NCBI GenBank assembly: GCA_973895155.1
Contig: OZ316896.1
Span: forward strand, 7,831,439 to 7,895,438
Reading direction: 5' to 3'
Length of the DNA: 64,000 nt
Source of the DNA: Marsupella aquatica
Taxonomy: Eukaryota; Plantae; Marchantiophyta
Shown here: piece after piece, positions 51,777-61,837 of the stretch
Layout of the letters: every line of letters begins with the position of its first letter
How positions within the stretch are numbered: position 1 is the stretch's first letter
Notes under the pieces: model-generated
The model's database searches: none
What the model was told of the DNA's origin: nothing
Seen by the model: only the letters and a program-made list of their open reading frames with translations
Made by a program: the position numbers and the translations under genes

Positions 51777-52950
51777 TGTAGTATCACACTAGGGACATAA
51801 ATAAACATTTAAGATCCAAAACTCGGTATTCGTTCCCATGGAAGAACATGTAAGGAATGATTTTCTATGATTTAGCACTTTTGAATGACTTAAGTAACAA
51901 AAACACAAAGGTGAGCCTTTTACTATGGTTGCTCAACAAGGCATAGTTTTGAATGTTTGCTTAACATTGTAAATAAAATTAACAAATGGAAACAATTAAC
52001 AAAACACAATGAAAATCTTGAGGTATGGTGAGGGAGTTAGGAAACAACCAAGGTGACTCCTCAACATAACTTCATTTGATATGATTTAGGTGGTATATCC
52101 GCAAGAACATTTCTGGAAAGGATTACGGTACTAGGATGATTACTAAAATGCTGTCAACATGTCTCAACTTTTCCTTCCAGGTACAGAGTGGAGACTAGTA
52201 ATCAATCACTTCTGTATCCAATCGGTACTTTGTGTCACAAATAAGAGATACCATCATGATCAAATTTGAAGCCATAAGTACTTGGTAAGCAACAATCTTT
52301 GCATCCCGTGCACAAGCAATGTCACGTCAAAAACTATGCATCAAGAACTAAGGAATATGTGAAACATCACCAACAAGGAATCTATTTCCACATACTCAAA
52401 AGATTTAACAATCACAATAATTTTACTTCGAGGGTCTAAACTTCTCATTCATTTAGACTTGAAGGGGGAAGAATTTCTTTATATTAAGTACTCATATGCA
52501 ATGGAGTGCTTGCTACAAATGGAGGTAACAAAGTTGCAATCTTGCAACTGAGCGCTCATGAAATTTCTTCACACTTGAAATGACATGAGAACTACTACTT
52601 ATATGCTAGGAGGAACTAAAAGGAAAAGAGATAATGAAAGGACATGCCCTTTCTTATCTCAAGGGTCATGGGTAAAAGTAAAAGTAACAAAAGTGTACTA
52701 CAGGAGTACCTAAGGTTCAGTGGAATGTTCCTGGGATGAAAAGCTAACTAAAAGATATTTCAGGTGTTAACTATTGTAAAAGTGGAATTATGGTAAAACT
52801 AATGAATATGGGTTTTGTCCAAATTTTAGTTTCTAAACTAAAAGTCATAAAAAAGTGAGACTTTGCTGAAGTGGTCTCTGATGTATATTATTTATGCTGG
52901 CAAAATATGAGACTTTTCTGAGGTGCCTAAGGAAAATCTTGAGAAATCTT
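51777..52950. mobile_element. LTR fragment related (inverted) to the 21281-23215 solo LTR
   Basis: Starts TGTAGT and shares AACTCGGTATTCGTTCCC and AAAATGCYGTCAACATGTCT with the reverse complement of that LTR. Right end uncertain. Confidence 0.55.
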
Positions 52951-53203
52951 GAAAGTAAATCAAAAACCGCAGAATGGGAAAAGAGAGTGAGGAGTTCCCT
53001 ATTTGGACAAGACCAAGAAACGGCCAAAGCGTGCGAATCACGGGTCTACGGCCATGTCGCTTTCAGTAGACCCTAGCCTAGAGACCAGAGCGAGGCCGCT
53101 CTATGCAACCCTCGTGCAGATCCAAATGGTCTACCTAAACATTCCTTGGTAAGGCAAAACAAAGAGGCCCTACGCGAGCATCGTGCAGAAACAAACACTC
53201 CAT

Positions 53204-53530
53204 TCAGAAGTTCTCGGAAATGTATGCATTCACGCTTTCAAGAACATGAACTGGAACTTTCACTTTAATTACCCTTTGCCTTTGAATTCCAGCCATTGAT
53301 TGTAGACGTTGCGAGGAGCCAGTCGTGTTGGATTGTAGGACTTTGGTAATTTGGATCAACTTCCCAGGACTGTTTAGAATTGAAACAATCTCGATATTGT
53401 TCAGAGTCTGGGACAGACAATTTTCGATGGACAGGTCTCCACCATTCCACCTCAAACTCCCCAGCATGAGCATCATCTGGAACCGGCACAACGCGATCCA
53501 TGGCTCTTCCTAGCCAGAATCGAAGGGGAA
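53204..53530 (-). pseudogene. C-terminal fragment of a plant TE-associated protein, cut by the junction
   Basis: FWLGRA...FEVEWWRP...YRDCF...WEVDP. Plant-like base composition. Confidence 0.45.
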
Positions 53531-53532
53531 CT

Positions 53533-54057
53533 ACCACCCGCGAGATGGCCGATGGCATCAACAGCTTCTGGCGCATGCGGTCGGGGCTGGACATCAGCGC
53601 GCTGCCGCCCGAACGCCGCGAGCGCGTGCTGCCCTACATCCGCGACTGGGTGGCCGAAGCCAGCGGCTACAGCGCCGCCCGGCTCTTCCGCGCGCACAGC
53701 CAGTTCGCGGCCCTGCGCGATGCGGCAGTGGCGGCCTGTCAAGCCTTCGACCTGGTGCTGTCGCCGGTCGCCCCTGATGTCGCCGGCGCCGCCGAGGCGC
53801 CCAGCCCCACCGGCGACCCACTGCGGGCGATGGAACACATCGCCTACACCTTGCCGTTCAACATGAGCGGTCAGCCGGCGGTCAGCGTGCCGTGCGGGCA
53901 TGACGGTGCCGGTTTGCCCATCGGCCTGCAGGTCATCGGCCGCCGCCACGACGACCTGGGCGTGCTGCGCGCCGCCCGCGCCTGGGAACTGCTGCGTCCG
54001 GCCGGGCTGATCCGGCCGTGGCCTGAACCGCCGACCGTTGTCGGCCCGAACACCTGA
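53533..54057 (+). CDS. amidase (Asp-tRNA/Glu-tRNA amidotransferase A family), 5'-truncated
   Basis: FDLVLSPV, YTLPFNMSGQPAVSVPCG, GLPIGLQVIG. Confidence 0.9.
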   Translation, partial: TTREMADGINSFWRMRSGLDISALPPERRERVLPYIRDWVAEASGYSAARLFRAHSQFAALRDAAVAACQAFDLVLSPVAPDVAGAAEAPSPTGDPLRAMEHIAYTLPFNMSGQPAVSVPCGHDGAGLPIGLQVIGRRHDDLGVLRAARAWELLRPAGLIRPWPEPPTVVGPNT

Positions 54058-54111
54058 GCGCCCGACGCGGCGTGTCAGGCCCCGTCACCCAAGCACGCTA
54101 CATTCCGCGCC

Positions 54112-55464
54112 ATGGCGACGACCGACCTCCGGGGCAACCCCAGCGGCTGTGACTCGGCCGCAGCACAGGCCGCGGTCGAGCGGGCGCTGTGGCGGCTGAT
54201 GAGCTTCTACGACACACCGCTTGCAGACCTCGACCGTGCCATCGCCGAGGCCCCGGGCTGGGCGCTGCCGCGCGCGATGAAGGCCGGCTTCCTGATCGGC
54301 CTGACCGAACCCGGCATGCTGCCCGAGGCCCAGCGCCAGTTGCAGGCGGCGCAAGAACGGGTGGGCGACGCAGCGCCCCGCGAACGCGCGCATGTCGAGG
54401 CCGTGCAGTGCGTCCTCGAAGGCCGCTGGCAACAAGCCGTGCGGATCTGGGACGAGGTGCTGATCGACCACCCGCGCGACGCCCTGGCCCTGCAATGGGC
54501 GCATTCCTGGGACTTCTACCGCGGCGACGCCCCCGGCTTGCGCGGCCGCCCGGCCCGCGTGCTGCCGGCCTGGGATGAAGCCGACCCGCTCTACCCCCAC
54601 GTGCTGGCGCTGCACGCCTTCGGGCTGGAGGAAAGCAACCTCTACCCGCAAGCCGAGGAAACCGGCCGCCGGGTGCTGGCGCTGGACGCGCAATCGCCCT
54701 GGGCCATCCACGCCGTGGCCCATGTGATGGAGATGCAGGGCCGCTTCGAAGAGGGCTCGGCTTGGCTGCGCCTGCACCAGCCGGCCTGGGCCGACAACGG
54801 CTTCGCCACGCACCTGTGGTGGCACAAGGGCCTGTTCAGGCTGGAAGCGCTGGACACCGAAGGCGTGCTGCGGCTGGTCGACAAGCATTTGAGCGAGCAG
54901 TCCCTGAAGGTCACGCTGCACCGCGTCGACGCCGCAGCCATGCTGTGGCGGCTGCACCTGCTGGGCCAGGATGTCCAGGCCCACGCGGCGGCGCTGGTGC
55001 GCGACTGGCGGCTGCCCGACGCGCACGCCGGCCACTACGCCTTCAACGACGTGCACATCGTGCTGGCGCTGATCCTGGCCAGCGACGCGGGCCGCGCCGA
55101 GGCCTGGCTGGCGCGCTGCGCCGAACGCGTGCTGAACCCCGAAGAAGCGCGCCGCAGCAACCACGCGATGGCCCGCGAAGTCGGCCTGCCGCTGATGCGC
55201 GGCCTGCTGGCGCTGGCGCGTGGCGAGGCCGACAGCGCCGTCGAGCTGATCTACCCGGTGCGCGCCGTGGCGCAACGCTTCGGCGGCAGCCACGCCCAGC
55301 GCGACCTGATCGACCAGACCCTGCTGGCCGCGTCGGCGCAGAGCCAGCGCCCTGCACTGGGCCGCGCGCTGGTCAACGAACGCTGCATGGCCAAGCCGCA
55401 GACACCGCTGACGCGGCACTGGATGGCCCGGCTGGGCATGAGCACGGCCGGCGCGCCGGCCTGA
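54112..55464 (+). CDS. TTC38-like tetratricopeptide repeat protein
   Basis: HPRDALAL, AFGLEE, WAIHAVAHVMEMQG, HLWWH, GGSHAQRD. Confidence 0.88.
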   Translation: MATTDLRGNPSGCDSAAAQAAVERALWRLMSFYDTPLADLDRAIAEAPGWALPRAMKAGFLIGLTEPGMLPEAQRQLQAAQERVGDAAPRERAHVEAVQCVLEGRWQQAVRIWDEVLIDHPRDALALQWAHSWDFYRGDAPGLRGRPARVLPAWDEADPLYPHVLALHAFGLEESNLYPQAEETGRRVLALDAQSPWAIHAVAHVMEMQGRFEEGSAWLRLHQPAWADNGFATHLWWHKGLFRLEALDTEGVLRLVDKHLSEQSLKVTLHRVDAAAMLWRLHLLGQDVQAHAAALVRDWRLPDAHAGHYAFNDVHIVLALILASDAGRAEAWLARCAERVLNPEEARRSNHAMAREVGLPLMRGLLALARGEADSAVELIYPVRAVAQRFGGSHAQRDLIDQTLLAASAQSQRPALGRALVNERCMAKPQTPLTRHWMARLGMSTAGAPA

Positions 55465-55533
55465 AACGGTCGGCTTTCACGCCGGGCGGCCGGCACGGCC
55501 GGTCCGCAACAAGAACACCAACGGAGACTCAAG

Positions 55534-56601
55534 ATGAGGACCTACACCATCGCCACCATCCCCGGTGACGGCATCGGCAAAGAGGTGGTGCCCGCTGGTC
55601 AGGCCGTGCTGCAGGCGCTGGCCGCGACGAGTGCCACCTTCACTTTCGAATTCGAGAACTTCGACTGGGGCGGCGATCACTACCGAACACATGGCGTGAT
55701 GATGCCGGCCGACGGCCTGGACGCGATCCGCCACAAGGACGCCATCCTCTTCGGCTCAGCCGGCGACCCACACATCCCCGACCACATCACCTTGTGGGGC
55801 CTGCGCCTGAAGATCTGCCAGGGCTTCGACCAGTACGCCAACGTCAGGCCCACGCGCATCCTGCCGGGCATCGACGCGCCGCTGAAGCGCTGCAAGCCCG
55901 AGGACCTGAACTGGGTCATCGTGCGCGAGAACTCCGAAGGCGAATATGCCGGTGTCGGCGGCCGCGCCCACCAGGGCCACCCGATCGAGGTCGCCACCGA
56001 CGTCAGCATCATGACCCGCGCCGGTGTCGAACGCATCATGCGCTACGCCTTCCGGCTGGCGCAGAGCCGGCCGCGAAAACTGCTGACGGTCGTCACCAAG
56101 AGCAATGCCCAGCGCCACGCGATGGTGATGTGGGACGAGATCGCGCGGCAGGTCGCGCTGGAATTTCCCGACGTCAGCTGGGACAAGGAACTGGTCGACG
56201 CGATGACGGCGCGCATGGTCAACCGCCCGGCCAGCATCGACACCGTGGTGGCCACCAACCTGCATGCCGACATCCTCAGCGACCTGGCGGCCGCACTGGC
56301 CGGCAGCCTGGGCATCGCGCCCACCGGCAACATCGACCCCGAGCGCCGCTACCCCAGCATGTTCGAACCCATCCACGGTTCGGCCTTCGACATCATGGGA
56401 CAGGGGCTGGCCAACCCGGTGGGCACCTTCTGGAGCGTGGTGATGCTGCTGGAACACGTGGGCGAATTCGACGCCGCCCAGCGCCTGATGCGGGCCATCG
56501 AACGCGTGACGGCCACGCCATCGCTGCACACGCGCGACCTGGGCGGCACGGCCACCACGGCCGCTGTGACGCAGGCCGTCTGCGAAGGGCTGGCCGCGTG
56601 A
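55534..56601 (+). CDS. tartrate dehydrogenase / D-malate dehydrogenase (decarboxylating)
   Basis: IPGDGIGKEV, FDQYANVRP, RENSEGEY, TKSNAQ, SMFEPIHGSAFDI. GGAG RBS upstream. Confidence 0.92.
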   Translation: MRTYTIATIPGDGIGKEVVPAGQAVLQALAATSATFTFEFENFDWGGDHYRTHGVMMPADGLDAIRHKDAILFGSAGDPHIPDHITLWGLRLKICQGFDQYANVRPTRILPGIDAPLKRCKPEDLNWVIVRENSEGEYAGVGGRAHQGHPIEVATDVSIMTRAGVERIMRYAFRLAQSRPRKLLTVVTKSNAQRHAMVMWDEIARQVALEFPDVSWDKELVDAMTARMVNRPASIDTVVATNLHADILSDLAAALAGSLGIAPTGNIDPERRYPSMFEPIHGSAFDIMGQGLANPVGTFWSVVMLLEHVGEFDAAQRLMRAIERVTATPSLHTRDLGGTATTAAVTQAVCEGLAA

Positions 56602-57596
56602 TGGGCCCGGGCACCCATCTCCGCCGCTGGCTGCGGGCTGCGGGATCGGCGCTCGCCGCCGTCGCCTTGGCCAGCGGCGGCAGCGCCGCACGGGCGCAAG
56701 CCTGGCCCAGCAAGCCCATCCTGCTGATCGTGCCCTTCGCCCCCGGCGGCACCACCGACGTGCTGGCCCGCACCCTGGGCGAGAAGCTGGCGATGGCGCT
56801 GGGCCAGCCCGTGCTGGTCGAAAGCCGGCCCGGTGCCGGCGCCACGCTGGGGGCCGACTTCGTCGCCAAGTCCAGACCTGACGGTCACACGCTGCTGGTC
56901 GGCGCCGTTCATCACACCATTGCCAGCAGCGTCTACAAGAAGCTGCCCTACGACTTCCAGAAAGACTTCGCGCCGATCACCGAGATCGCGCTGGTGCCCA
57001 ATGTGCTGGTCGTCAACGCCAGCACGCCGGCCAAGACCGTGGCTGAATGGGTGGCCTTGCTGAAGGCCGAGCCGGGCAAGTACAACTTCGGCTCCAACGG
57101 CAACGGCACGGCCCAGCACCTGATCGGCGCGCAGTTCCAGGCGATGACCGGGACCGAGCTGCAGCACATCCCGTACAAGGGCAGCGGCCCGCTGGCCACC
57201 GACCTGCTGGGCGGTCAGATCAGCATGTCCTTCGACACCGTCACGCCAGTGCTGCCGCATATCAAGGCCGGCAAGCTGCGGGCGCTGGCGGTGACGACGG
57301 CGAAGCGGTCCGCAGCCCTGCCCGATGTGCCCACGCTGGACGAAGCCGGTCTGAAGGGCTTCAACATCGGCACCTGGTTCGGCGTGCTGGCTCCTGCGGC
57401 CACGCCCAAGGATGTGCTGCTCCGGCTCAACACCGAGATGGTGAAGATCATCCAGTCGCCCGAGTTCCGCAAGCGCATGGATGAGATCGGTGCCGAACCC
57501 ATCGGCAACAGCGCCGAGCAGATGGCACAACACATCCGCGCCGAGATCGACAAGTTCGCCCGGCTGGTGAAGGACGCGAAGCTCGTCATCGAGTGA
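56601..57596 (+). CDS. Bug/TctC tripartite tricarboxylate transporter substrate-binding protein
   Basis: Tat-like signal, WPSKPI.LIVPFAPGGTTD, HIPYKGSGP, LPDVPT. ATG overlaps the upstream stop (TGATG). Confidence 0.93.
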   Translation: MGPGTHLRRWLRAAGSALAAVALASGGSAARAQAWPSKPILLIVPFAPGGTTDVLARTLGEKLAMALGQPVLVESRPGAGATLGADFVAKSRPDGHTLLVGAVHHTIASSVYKKLPYDFQKDFAPITEIALVPNVLVVNASTPAKTVAEWVALLKAEPGKYNFGSNGNGTAQHLIGAQFQAMTGTELQHIPYKGSGPLATDLLGGQISMSFDTVTPVLPHIKAGKLRALAVTTAKRSAALPDVPTLDEAGLKGFNIGTWFGVLAPAATPKDVLLRLNTEMVKIIQSPEFRKRMDEIGAEPIGNSAEQMAQHIRAEIDKFARLVKDAKLVIE

Positions 57597-57663
57597 AGCA
57601 CCGATGCGCGGCCACGGGGTTGCGGGGCCTTGAAAGCCGCCCCACCGGTGCCCAGATCAGTGA

Positions 57664-58500
57664 GTGACTGCGCAAAGCCTGGGCCCCATCGTTTTCCTCA
57701 TCGCCCTGGCGCTGCTGGTCGCGGCCTGGCTGTGGGGACCGCCGCTGTGGCGTTCCTTGCGCCGCGAACGCATCCGCCGTCAACCCTTCCCGGCCGCCTG
57801 GCGCGAGATCCTGCGCCGGCGCATGCCCGCCTTTGCCCGGTTGCCGGTCGACGTGCAGTTGCAGTTGAAGCAGCACATCCGCGTGCTGATCGCCGAGAAG
57901 CCCTTCATCGGCTGCGCCGGTCTGCGCATCACCGACGAACACCGGGTGCTGATCAGCGCGCAAGCGGCCTTGCTGCTGCTGAACCGGCGCGCCGGCTACT
58001 TCCCGCTGCTGCGCCAGGTGCTGGTCTACCCCGGCGCCTTCGTCGTCGAGCGCAGCACCGCCGACGGCCACGGCCTGATGCACGAAACGCGGCGGGCGCT
58101 GTCGGGCGAATCGTGGCAGCAAGGCCAGGTGCTGCTGAGCTGGGCCGATGTGGTGGCCGGCGCGGCCGACCCGCACGACGGCCACAACGTGGTCGTCCAC
58201 GAGTTTGCCCACCAGCTGGACCAGGAACGCGGCACCGCCAACGGCGCGCCCTGGCTGGGCCGCCGGGGCGCCTATGCCCGCTGGGCGCAGGTGATGGCAA
58301 CCGAGTTCCAGGCCCTGCGGCAGCGCCTGGCCATGGGCGAGCCGGGCGTCATCGATGCCTACGGCGCGACCGACCCGGCCGAGTTCTTCGCCGTCAGCAG
58401 CGAACACTTCTTCGAACAGCCGGCCCTGCTGGCAGCCGCACACCCGGCGCTCTATGCCCAATTGCAGAGCTGCTACCGCTGCGACCCGCTGAGCTGGTAG
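57664..58500 (+). CDS. MtfA-like M90 zinc metallopeptidase
   Basis: DGHNVVVHEFAHQLD and YGATDPAEFFAV. Confidence 0.9.
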   Translation: MTAQSLGPIVFLIALALLVAAWLWGPPLWRSLRRERIRRQPFPAAWREILRRRMPAFARLPVDVQLQLKQHIRVLIAEKPFIGCAGLRITDEHRVLISAQAALLLLNRRAGYFPLLRQVLVYPGAFVVERSTADGHGLMHETRRALSGESWQQGQVLLSWADVVAGAADPHDGHNVVVHEFAHQLDQERGTANGAPWLGRRGAYARWAQVMATEFQALRQRLAMGEPGVIDAYGATDPAEFFAVSSEHFFEQPALLAAAHPALYAQLQSCYRCDPLSW

Positions 58501-58581
58501 CGCCGCCACGCCCGCCCGCACGCGGGCGGCCGACAACCCCAGGCCAGCGGCCGGGGCCGCCACTGCCGACAATGCGGCGGC

Positions 58582-60111
58582 ATGACAAGCACGTCGACAT
58601 CGGCCCTGGCCTGGCTCAAGCGCGACCTGCGCCGGCGCGACCACGCGCCGCTGGCCGCGCTGGCGGCGGCCGATGCGACGGCGGCGTTGTACGTCATCGA
58701 GCCGGCCTGGCTGGCCAGCCCCGAATTCAGTCCGCAGCACCTGGCGCACACGCTGGCTTGTCTGGCCGAACTGCGTGCCGACCTGGCCGCGCGCGGCCTG
58801 CCGCTGCTGGTGCGCGTGGGCGCGGTGCCGGCGGTGTTCGATGCGCTCCGCCGCGATTTCCCCTTCACCGACTTGCACAGCCATGAAGAAGCCGGCAGCG
58901 GCTGGACCTACGCCCGCGACCTGGCCGTCGCACGCTGGTGTGCCGCGAGCGGCGTGGCCTGGCACGAACACGCGCAGACCGGCGTCGTGCGCCGCCTGCG
59001 CACGCGGCTGGGCTGGGCGGGCCGATGGGCGCAGCGCATGGATGCGCCTGCCGCGCCGGAGACCGCCGGCTGGCGCGGCGCCGCGCTGGACCTGCACGAC
59101 CTGCCCACGCTGCGCGATCTGGGCCTGGCAGCCCAGCGGCAGGGCCTGCAGAGCTTGCAGACGCCGCGGGATGCCGGCGAAGCCGCCGCCTGGGCCACGC
59201 TGGACAGCTTCCTGGCCGGCCGCGGCCGCGGTTACCGCCGGTCGCTGTCCAGCCCCTTGACGGCCGAGGACGGCTGCAGCCGGCTCAGCGCCCACCTGGC
59301 CTTCGGCAGCATCAGCCTGCGCAGCGTGCACCAGGCCACCGAGGCCACCATCGCCAGCACGCCCGACCGGGCCCTGGCCCACGCGCTGCGCGGCTTCGCA
59401 GGCCGGCTGCGCTGGCATTGCCACTTCATGCAGAAGCTGGAGGACGAGCCGGCCATCGAACACCGCAACTTCGCGCGCGTCTGCGATGGGCTGCGCCGCG
59501 GCGACACGTCGAACGGCGAAGTGCCCATGACCGATGCCGACCACGCCAAGCTGCAGGCCTGGTGCGAAGGCCGCACCGGCTACCCGATGGTCGACGCCTG
59601 CATGCGCAGCCTCAACGCCACCGGCTGGTTGAACTTCCGCATGCGCGCGCTGCTGGTCAGCTTCGCGGCCTACCACCTGTGGCTGCACTGGCGGCAGCCC
59701 GGCCTGCACCTGGCGCGGCAGTTCCTGGACTTCGAACCCGGCATCCACTGGAGCCAGATGCAGATGCAAAGCGGCACCACCGGCATCAACACCCTGCGCA
59801 TCTACTCGCCGCGCAAGCAGCAGATCGACCACGACCCCGACGGCGTCTTTGTGCGCCGCTGGCTGCCCGAATGGGGCAGCGATGCCTATCCCGCGCCCAT
59901 CGTCGACGAGAAAGCGGCGCTGGCCCATGCCAAGGCCGTGATGTACGGCCTGCGCGGCACGCCGCAGGCCCGCGCCGAGGCCGACGCCGTGCAGCACAAG
60001 CACGGCTCGCGCAAGTCCGGGTTGCCGCCCAGCGGCCAGCGCAGCCCTGCTTCCAAACGACCCAAGGCGCCGACAGCCCCCAAGCCCAGCCCGCAAGGCG
60101 AACTCTTCTGA
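58582..60111 (+). CDS. cryptochrome/photolyase family protein
   Basis: WLKRDLR..DH, SRLSAHL, GRTGYPMVDACMR, GWLNFRMRA, DFEPGIHW. Confidence 0.92.
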   Translation: MTSTSTSALAWLKRDLRRRDHAPLAALAAADATAALYVIEPAWLASPEFSPQHLAHTLACLAELRADLAARGLPLLVRVGAVPAVFDALRRDFPFTDLHSHEEAGSGWTYARDLAVARWCAASGVAWHEHAQTGVVRRLRTRLGWAGRWAQRMDAPAAPETAGWRGAALDLHDLPTLRDLGLAAQRQGLQSLQTPRDAGEAAAWATLDSFLAGRGRGYRRSLSSPLTAEDGCSRLSAHLAFGSISLRSVHQATEATIASTPDRALAHALRGFAGRLRWHCHFMQKLEDEPAIEHRNFARVCDGLRRGDTSNGEVPMTDADHAKLQAWCEGRTGYPMVDACMRSLNATGWLNFRMRALLVSFAAYHLWLHWRQPGLHLARQFLDFEPGIHWSQMQMQSGTTGINTLRIYSPRKQQIDHDPDGVFVRRWLPEWGSDAYPAPIVDEKAALAHAKAVMYGLRGTPQARAEADAVQHKHGSRKSGLPPSGQRSPASKRPKAPTAPKPSPQGELF

Positions 60112-60293
60112 TGGCCGCGTCCAAACCGGCGGCGGGCTTCAAAGGCAACAAGGCCGCCTTGCCCAGCAAGCCTTGCGCGGCCTGCGGCCGGCCGATGAGC
60201 TGGCGCAAGGCCTGGGCCAGGAACTGGGCCGAGGTGAAGTACTGCAGCGACGCCTGCCGCAGCCGCAAATCCAACGCGAACAAGACCCCCTGA
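60111..60293 (+). CDS. DUF2256 family small Cys-rich protein
   Basis: LPSKPCAACGRPMSWRKAWARNWAEVKYCSDACR. TGATG overlaps at both ends. Confidence 0.9.
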   Translation: MAASKPAAGFKGNKAALPSKPCAACGRPMSWRKAWARNWAEVKYCSDACRSRKSNANKTP

Positions 60294-61837
60294 TGCCCGC
60301 CGAACGTTCCACCCGCCACCTCGTCGTCGTGCTCGGCGACCAGCTCAACCGCGACGCCAGCGCCTTCGAGGGCTTCGATGCGGCGCAAGACCGCGTGTGG
60401 ATGTGCGAAGCCCGCGACGAGTCCACGCAGGTGTTGTCGGCCAAGCAGCGCATCGCGGTGTTCCTGTCGGCGATGCGCCACTTCGCGCAGGCCTTGCGCG
60501 ACGAAGGCCTGCCGCTGGATTACACCGAACAGGCTGATGGCAGCTTGTCGAAAGCGCTGCTGGCCACGCTGCAGGCCCGGCCGGCTCAGCGTGTGGTGCT
60601 GACGCAGCCGGGCGACTGGCGCGTGCTGCAAGGCCTGCGCGCTGCAGCCGCCAGCGCCGGGGTCGAATTCGACGTTCGCGAAGACCGCCATTTCCTGTGC
60701 AGCAGCCGCGAATTCGCGGCCCATGCGAAAGGCCGCAAATCGCTGCGGATGGAGTATTTCTACCGCGAAATGCGGCAACGCCACCGCGTGCTGATGGATG
60801 GCGACCAACCCGCCGGCGGTCAGTGGAATTACGACGCCGAAAATCGCGCCGGCTTCGGACCGCAGGGCCCGGGCTTTGTGCCGGCGCCCACGCGGTTCGC
60901 GCCGGACGCCATCACGCAAGCGGTCATCGACACGGTCAACACGCGCCACGCCGAACACCCGGGCGACTTGGGCAGCTTCGGCTGGCCGGTCACCCGCGAA
61001 CTGGCCTTGCAGGTGCTGGCCGAATTCATCCGCGACCGCCTGCCGCAATTCGGTCTGTGGCAAGACGCGATGTGGGAAGGCGAGCCCTGGCTCTACCACT
61101 CGCACCTGTCGGTCGCACTGAACCTAAAGCTGCTGGATCCGCGCGAAGTCATCCAAGCAGCCGAGGCTGAATACCGCGCCGGCCGCGCACCGCTGGCCGG
61201 TGTCGAAGGTTTCATCCGACAGATCCTGGGTTGGCGTGAATACGTGCGCGGCATTTATTGGCGCGACATGCCGAATTACGGCCAATTGAATGCATTGCAA
61301 GCCGCCGAGGACCTGCCGGCCTGGTACTGGACTGGCGACGTGCCGATGCGCTGCCTGCGCGACGCCATCACGCAGACCTTGCAGCACGGCTATGCACACC
61401 ACATCCAGCGCCTGATGGTGACCGGCCTTTATGCCTTGCTGCACGGCGTGCAGCCGCAACAGGTGCATGCCTGGTACCTGGGCGTCTATGTCGATGCGGT
61501 CGAATGGGTGGAATTGCCCAACACCCTGGGCATGAGCCAATATGCCGATGGCGGCCTGATGGCCAGCAAGCCCTATGCGGCCACCGGCCAATACATCGAC
61601 CGCATGAGCAACCATTGCAAGGGCTGCGCCTTCAAGCCCAAGCAACGCACCGGGCCCGAGGCCTGCCCCTACACCACGCTGTATTGGGATTTCCTGATGC
61701 GCCACGAAAGCCGCTTCGCGCAGCACCCGCGCATGGCCTTGCAGGTGAAGAACCTGGGGCGCATCGATGAAGGCGAGAAGGCTGCGATCCGTGCACGCGC
61801 GGCCGCCGTTCGGCGCGGTGATTGGGCTGGCGCATGA
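60293..61837 (+). CDS. Fe-S bacterial cryptochrome/(6-4) photolyase (PhrB/CryB type)
   Basis: LGDQL, RMEYFYR, GGQWNYD, GWREY, HHIQRLMV, and four Cys (MRCL, HCKGC, ACPY). Confidence 0.93.
   Translation: MPAERSTRHLVVVLGDQLNRDASAFEGFDAAQDRVWMCEARDESTQVLSAKQRIAVFLSAMRHFAQALRDEGLPLDYTEQADGSLSKALLATLQARPAQRVVLTQPGDWRVLQGLRAAAASAGVEFDVREDRHFLCSSREFAAHAKGRKSLRMEYFYREMRQRHRVLMDGDQPAGGQWNYDAENRAGFGPQGPGFVPAPTRFAPDAITQAVIDTVNTRHAEHPGDLGSFGWPVTRELALQVLAEFIRDRLPQFGLWQDAMWEGEPWLYHSHLSVALNLKLLDPREVIQAAEAEYRAGRAPLAGVEGFIRQILGWREYVRGIYWRDMPNYGQLNALQAAEDLPAWYWTGDVPMRCLRDAITQTLQHGYAHHIQRLMVTGLYALLHGVQPQQVHAWYLGVYVDAVEWVELPNTLGMSQYADGGLMASKPYAATGQYIDRMSNHCKGCAFKPKQRTGPEACPYTTLYWDFLMRHESRFAQHPRMALQVKNLGRIDEGEKAAIRARAAAVRRGDWAGA

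Noticed and set aside
53473-53594. ORFs that read across the plant-bacterial junction as fusion genes
   Set aside because: Chance open frames made of two truncated, unrelated genes.
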